Below are positions 60,198 to 64,000 of a stretch of 64,000 nt of DNA, in pieces. Position 1 is the first letter of the stretch. Every line of letters starts with the position of its first letter. The position numbers were made by a program, and so were the translations under genes. This DNA comes from Thermodesulfobacteriota bacterium. Lineage in GTDB: Bacteria; Desulfobacterota_D; UBA1144; Nemesobacterales; Nemesobacteraceae. The notes below the pieces were generated by a model. It was not told the origin of the DNA. It did not search any database and was given only the letters and a program-made list of their open reading frames with translations. The stretch is taken from positions 1,132,359-1,196,358 of the forward strand of contig OY763921.1 of the NCBI GenBank assembly GCA_963667625.1, written 5' to 3'.

Positions 60198-62306
60198 TTA
60201 GTCGGAAACTCTGTAGTCTTCTATGTTCTGGTCAAGCACGGCTTTTCTGCTGAGCCTCACCCTGCCGTCACGCGCAACTTCGAGGCACTTTACGAGAACC
60301 TCGTCTTTTTCGTTCAGGATATCGGTTACTTTTTCGACCCTGCGGTTTTCAAGTTCGGAGATGTGCAGAAGCCCGTCTTTTCCAGGACCAAGCTCAACTA
60401 TCGCTCCGAAATCGAGAATGCGCTTAACCACGCCAACGTATAACTTGCCGGCGACTACATCTTCTACGATTCTCTTTATATATTTCTCAGCTTTCTTGCA
60501 GGCTTCATAGTCGGGGGAGAAAATCTTCACCAGACCGTCATCCTGTATGTCTATCTGCGCTCCGGTGTCCTCGACCAGCTTCTTTATGGTCTTGCCACCC
60601 GAACCTATCACAACCTTGACCTTATCGGGCTTTAACTGCATTGTAAGAATTCTCGGCGCGTAGTCGGAAAGTTCCTCTCTGGGTCCGCTGATTACCTCTT
60701 CCATCTTTCCGAGAATATGCATCCTGCCGTCTCTTGCCTGAGCAAGTGCGGTTGTCAGAATCTCTTCGGTTATGCCGGTTATCTTTATATCCATCTGCAG
60801 GGCGGTGATACCGCTTTGCGTTCCAGCCACCTTAAAATCCATGTCCCCGAGATGATCCTCATCACCGAGAATATCGGAGAGAATGACAAAATTGTCTCCC
60901 TCCTTTATAAGTCCCATTGCTATGCCGGCCACAGGAGCGCTTATAGGTGCTCCCGCGTCCATAAGGGACATTGAAGAACCGCACACAGTCGCCATTGAAG
61001 AGGAACCGTTTGACTCAAGGACTTCCGAAACGATCCTGATGGTATAGGGAAAATCCTCTTTATCCGGCAAAACGGGTTTTATCGCCCTTGCGGCAAGCGC
61101 GCCATGTCCTATCTCTCTTCTGCCTGGGCCCAGCCGGAAGCTCGTCTCTCCGACGGAGTAGGGAGGAAAATTGTAATGCAGCATGAAGCTTCTTGTCTGG
61201 TCGCCTTCAAGCGCGTCTATCCTCTGCTCGTCGTATGAACTTCCCAGGGTCGCAACAACTATGGCCTGGGTTTCTCCTCGGGTAAAAAGCGCTGAACCGT
61301 GGGTTCTCTCAAGAAGACCCACTTCGCCCCATATGGGCCTTACCGTCGTGTAGTCTCTTCCGTCGGGCCTCGTGCCCTCAACTATCCTCTGTCTGACGGA
61401 CTCTTTGAGCAACTCATCAAACGCCTTGTCAATCTTGGCTTTGTCTTCGGGATGGTCTTCGATCAGCTTGTTTACGGTGTCTTCATGAGCCTTTCTTATA
61501 AGTTCCTTTCTGCCGTCCTTTGAATCAGTCACTATCCCCTGCTCAAGCAAAGGCAGCGCCAATGAACGAACCTCGTCCTCAAGCGTTCCGTCAGTCTCGA
61601 CTGTGGGAACCTGCCTTTTCTCCTCCCCTAACCCTTCAACAAAACTGTTTTGGAAAGAAATGATTTCCCTGATCCCGGAGTGAGCAAACGTAAGAGCTTC
61701 AACCACCTCCGCCTCGCTTACTTCCCTTGCGCCGCCTTCAACCATCACGATGGCTTCTTCTGTACCCGCGACGGTTATCTCCATGGTGCTTGTTTCCAGT
61801 TGCTCGGGAGTGGGATTTACAACAAGTTTGCCGTCAACTTTTCCAACGGTAAGGGCCGCTATGGGTCCGGCAAACGGAATATCCGAGACCATAAGCGCCG
61901 CTGAAGACGCTATTACCGACAGAACATCCGTAGCGTTCTCGCCGTCAGCAGAAAGAACTGTCACTATGACTTGGGTTGGGTAACAAAAGGCCTTGGGTAT
62001 AAGAGGCCTTACGGGCCTGTCAATAAGCCTTGACGTAAGAATTTCTTTTTCGCTTGGGCGCCCTTCCCTCTTGAAATAACCTCCGGGGATTTTCCCGGCA
62101 GCAAAAGACTTTTCCTGATAATTAACCGTAAGTGGCAAAAAATCGTCTTCTATTTTTTCTTCCGAGGCAACTACTGTAGCAAGCACGGTAGTTCCTCCAC
62201 AGGAAGCGAGTACAGCCCCGTTTGCCTGCTTGGCAAGCCTTCCGGTTTCAAGACGCAGCTTGCTTCCGAACAGCTCCGCTTCCATATTTCTCATTTGTTC
62301 AGTCAA
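60198..62306 (-). CDS. pnp: Polynucleotide phosphorylase
   Basis: 702 aa with two RNase PH domains, KH and S1 domains. rpsO-pnp synteny. Confidence 0.95.
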   Translation of the reverse strand: MTEQMRNMEAELFGSKLRLETGRLAKQANGAVLASCGGTTVLATVVASEEKIEDDFLPLTVNYQEKSFAAGKIPGGYFKREGRPSEKEILTSRLIDRPVRPLIPKAFCYPTQVIVTVLSADGENATDVLSVIASSAALMVSDIPFAGPIAALTVGKVDGKLVVNPTPEQLETSTMEITVAGTEEAIVMVEGGAREVSEAEVVEALTFAHSGIREIISFQNSFVEGLGEEKRQVPTVETDGTLEDEVRSLALPLLEQGIVTDSKDGRKELIRKAHEDTVNKLIEDHPEDKAKIDKAFDELLKESVRQRIVEGTRPDGRDYTTVRPIWGEVGLLERTHGSALFTRGETQAIVVATLGSSYDEQRIDALEGDQTRSFMLHYNFPPYSVGETSFRLGPGRREIGHGALAARAIKPVLPDKEDFPYTIRIVSEVLESNGSSSMATVCGSSMSLMDAGAPISAPVAGIAMGLIKEGDNFVILSDILGDEDHLGDMDFKVAGTQSGITALQMDIKITGITEEILTTALAQARDGRMHILGKMEEVISGPREELSDYAPRILTMQLKPDKVKVVIGSGGKTIKKLVEDTGAQIDIQDDGLVKIFSPDYEACKKAEKYIKRIVEDVVAGKLYVGVVKRILDFGAIVELGPGKDGLLHISELENRRVEKVTDILNEKDEVLVKCLEVARDGRVRLSRKAVLDQNIEDYRVSD

Positions 62307-62332
62307 TTCATTTCCTCCAAAATATTACTTCC

Positions 62333-62602
62333 TCATTTCCTTAGCCCAAGGGTCTCAATCAGCTTTCCATATTCCTGCGGTCTCACCCTCTTTACGTAGT
62401 TGAGCAGCTTTCTTCTCTTGGCAACCATCGAAACCAGTCCTTTTCTTGAATGGTTATCCTTAGGCGCTCTTTTCACATGCTCGGATAGTTCCTGTATTTT
62501 TCCGTTCAGAATCCCTATCTGAACCTCGGCCGAACCAACGTCGTTCTCATGTTTTTGAAACTCCGTTATGATTCGCGCCTTTTCTTCTTTCTGCAAAGAC
62601 AT
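62333..62602 (-). CDS. rpsO: 30S ribosomal protein S15
   Basis: 89 aa, ...HENDVGSAEVQIGILNGKIQELSEHVKRAPKDNHSRKGL... Confidence 0.95.
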   Translation of the reverse strand: MSLQKEEKARIITEFQKHENDVGSAEVQIGILNGKIQELSEHVKRAPKDNHSRKGLVSMVAKRRKLLNYVKRVRPQEYGKLIETLGLRK

Positions 62603-62631
62603 AAATTACTTCCTCCTAGACCCTTGCCTGA

Positions 62632-63543
62632 TCAGTTAAACACTCTTAAATGCCGGAACACTATATCCTTATCTCCCATATACTCAAATTCATCCGAGTC
62701 AGCTTTCGCCTCGCAGATGGAAATAATCTTTTTCCGGCAAAATATGGTGATTATATCCCTATTTTTGAATTCGGGCAATTCCACGCCTGAAAGAATCTCC
62801 CGGCAAACAGGGATTCCGTTGCGCACACTCTCGCAGAGACTCTCTTCCAAATGAACCCTAGGATAGCTCCGGAGAACCTTCTCCAAGGAAAGAATACTGT
62901 AATCTCCGGATTCCACATCCTCAATACTGCTAGCGTCGCTCAGCGTGAAGGGACCACTTCTGAGTCTTCTCAGTTCGGAAAGATGAGCTCCGCAGCCCAG
63001 TTTCTTCCCGGCATCCGAGGCAATCACCCTTACGTAGGTTCCTCGAGAACACTTCACGTAAAAAGTCGCTTTAGGGTAAGAGAAATGAAGAAGTCTTATC
63101 TCCTCTATGGTGACTCTTTTCGGTTTCCTTTCAACTTCCTTCCCGGCTCTCGCGAGGGCGTAGAGCTTTGTACCTGAAACCTTGGCGGCGGAATACATTG
63201 GGGGAACCTGCATTATCTCCCCCGCAAATCCTTCAATGACCTCTTCAATCTCATCCCTGCCCAGGTGCTCTGCATTCACCCGGCCGGTGACCGTACCGGT
63301 CTCGTCCATGGTATCGGTTGATACTCCCAAGGTCATCTCGGCCTCATATTCTTTTATATCATCTCCTAGGTAAGGAATGGCTTTTGTCGCCTGATTAAAG
63401 CACACAGGCAACACTCCTGTTGCGAATGGATCCAGCGTGCCGGTATGACCCGCCTTTTTTGCTCCCAAGGCTTTTTTCACCCTGTTAAGCGCCTGAGCGG
63501 AGGTATAACCCTTGGGCTTATCGAGAATCATAACTCCGTCCAT
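62632..63543 (-). CDS. truB: tRNA pseudouridine(55) synthase TruB
   Basis: MDGVMILDKPKGYTSAQ...GHTGTLDPFATGVLPV with the catalytic Asp motif. Start taken at the internal Met (63543), which gives a TAATG overlap with the upstream gene. Confidence 0.85.
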   Translation of the reverse strand: MDGVMILDKPKGYTSAQALNRVKKALGAKKAGHTGTLDPFATGVLPVCFNQATKAIPYLGDDIKEYEAEMTLGVSTDTMDETGTVTGRVNAEHLGRDEIEEVIEGFAGEIMQVPPMYSAAKVSGTKLYALARAGKEVERKPKRVTIEEIRLLHFSYPKATFYVKCSRGTYVRVIASDAGKKLGCGAHLSELRRLRSGPFTLSDASSIEDVESGDYSILSLEKVLRSYPRVHLEESLCESVRNGIPVCREILSGVELPEFKNRDIITIFCRKKIISICEAKADSDEFEYMGDKDIVFRHLRVFN

Positions 63544-64000
63544 TACATCGCTTCCTGAATCGAACTGAGAAGTCTGCGCTTGACGGTGGCAAGCGGAGCG
63601 GGAATCACACACCCGGCCGCCTTGCGGTGTCCTCCCCCACCGTACCGTCTGGCGATCTGCGCCACGTCCACGTACTCCTTGGACCTGAGACTCACCTTCC
63701 AACCGATGGCGGATTCCTGCCTCAGAAAAACCGCGACCTCAATCCCTTCAATTGACCTCGCCATGCTTACAAGACCCTCGGTATGCTCCTTTTCGGTGCC
63801 GGTCTGCCGGAACATCTCGCTCGATACGTGAAGAAAAGCGATTTTCCCGGTTACCTCAAGGGTGTTCATTGCCAAGGTTCTAAGCATAACCTTTCTAAGA
63901 GGTTCATTATCATAAATGAATCTTGAGACCCTCTCGGGGTCGGCTCCGCAGTCAACCAGATCAGCAGCGATCGTGAACGTCTCAGAACAGGTGTTTGAAT
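63543..64000 (-). CDS. nrnA: DHH-family phosphoesterase (NrnA-like), C-terminal part. The gene continues beyond the window end.
   Basis: DHHA1 motif GGGGHRKAAG. The frame stays open upstream of 63887 (...DPERVSRFIYDNEPLRKVMLRTL...). The truB-rpsO-pnp neighbourhood is as expected. Confidence 0.65.
   Translation of the reverse strand, partial: SNTCSETFTIAADLVDCGADPERVSRFIYDNEPLRKVMLRTLAMNTLEVTGKIAFLHVSSEMFRQTGTEKEHTEGLVSMARSIEGIEVAVFLRQESAIGWKVSLRSKEYVDVAQIARRYGGGGHRKAAGCVIPAPLATVKRRLLSSIQEAM

Overview
The window looks like a bacterial chromosome with delta-proteobacterium-like core gene order and ordinary core sequence at about 50% GC. It carries two inserted regions, both markedly AT-rich and together about 22 kb, that hold anti-phage defence genes.

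Core genes, 1-36.9 kb: the 5' part of rpoB, then rplL, rplJ, rplA, rplK, nusG, secE, tRNA-Trp, tuf and a four-tRNA cluster (Thr, Gly, Tyr, Thr). These are followed by fabZ, skp, bamA, lolD, lolC/E, lysS, pyrC, pyrB, pyrR, a high-GC solute-binding-protein gene, lepB, relA/spoT, gmk, katG and a HAD hydrolase. Next comes an arsenosugar-type cluster (AhpD-like protein, ArsS radical-SAM protein, DUF2064 glycosyltransferase, CcdA), a VapBC toxin-antitoxin pair, a methyltransferase, malic enzyme, an aldo-keto reductase and otsAB.

First insertion, 36.9-43.9 kb, between otsAB and ccmG: two convergent operons built around cGAS/DncV-like nucleotidyltransferases (CD-NTases). One is a canonical four-gene type III cyclic-oligonucleotide signalling (CBASS) operon (CD-NTase, HORMA, TRIP13-like ATPase, NucC-like nuclease). 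The other is an atypical three-gene operon whose CD-NTase reading frame is broken at an A5 run. An IS30-family element lies beside them.

Second insertion, 44.5-58.8 kb, between ccmG and ccmH (two cytochrome c biogenesis genes that are normally adjacent): an EcoRII-like restriction-modification operon (restriction enzyme, Vsr, C5-methyltransferase with a fused helix-turn-helix). Divergent from it sits a DISARM/Druantia-like module (an 1100-aa unknown protein, a helicase and a DUF1998 protein) in which an IS21-family element has split the helicase gene.

Core genes resume with ccmH, miaA, pnp, rpsO, truB and part of a DHH-family (nrnA-like) gene. The candidate novel systems are the 1100-aa protein + helicase + DUF1998 module and the three-gene CD-NTase operon with its uncharacterised partners.
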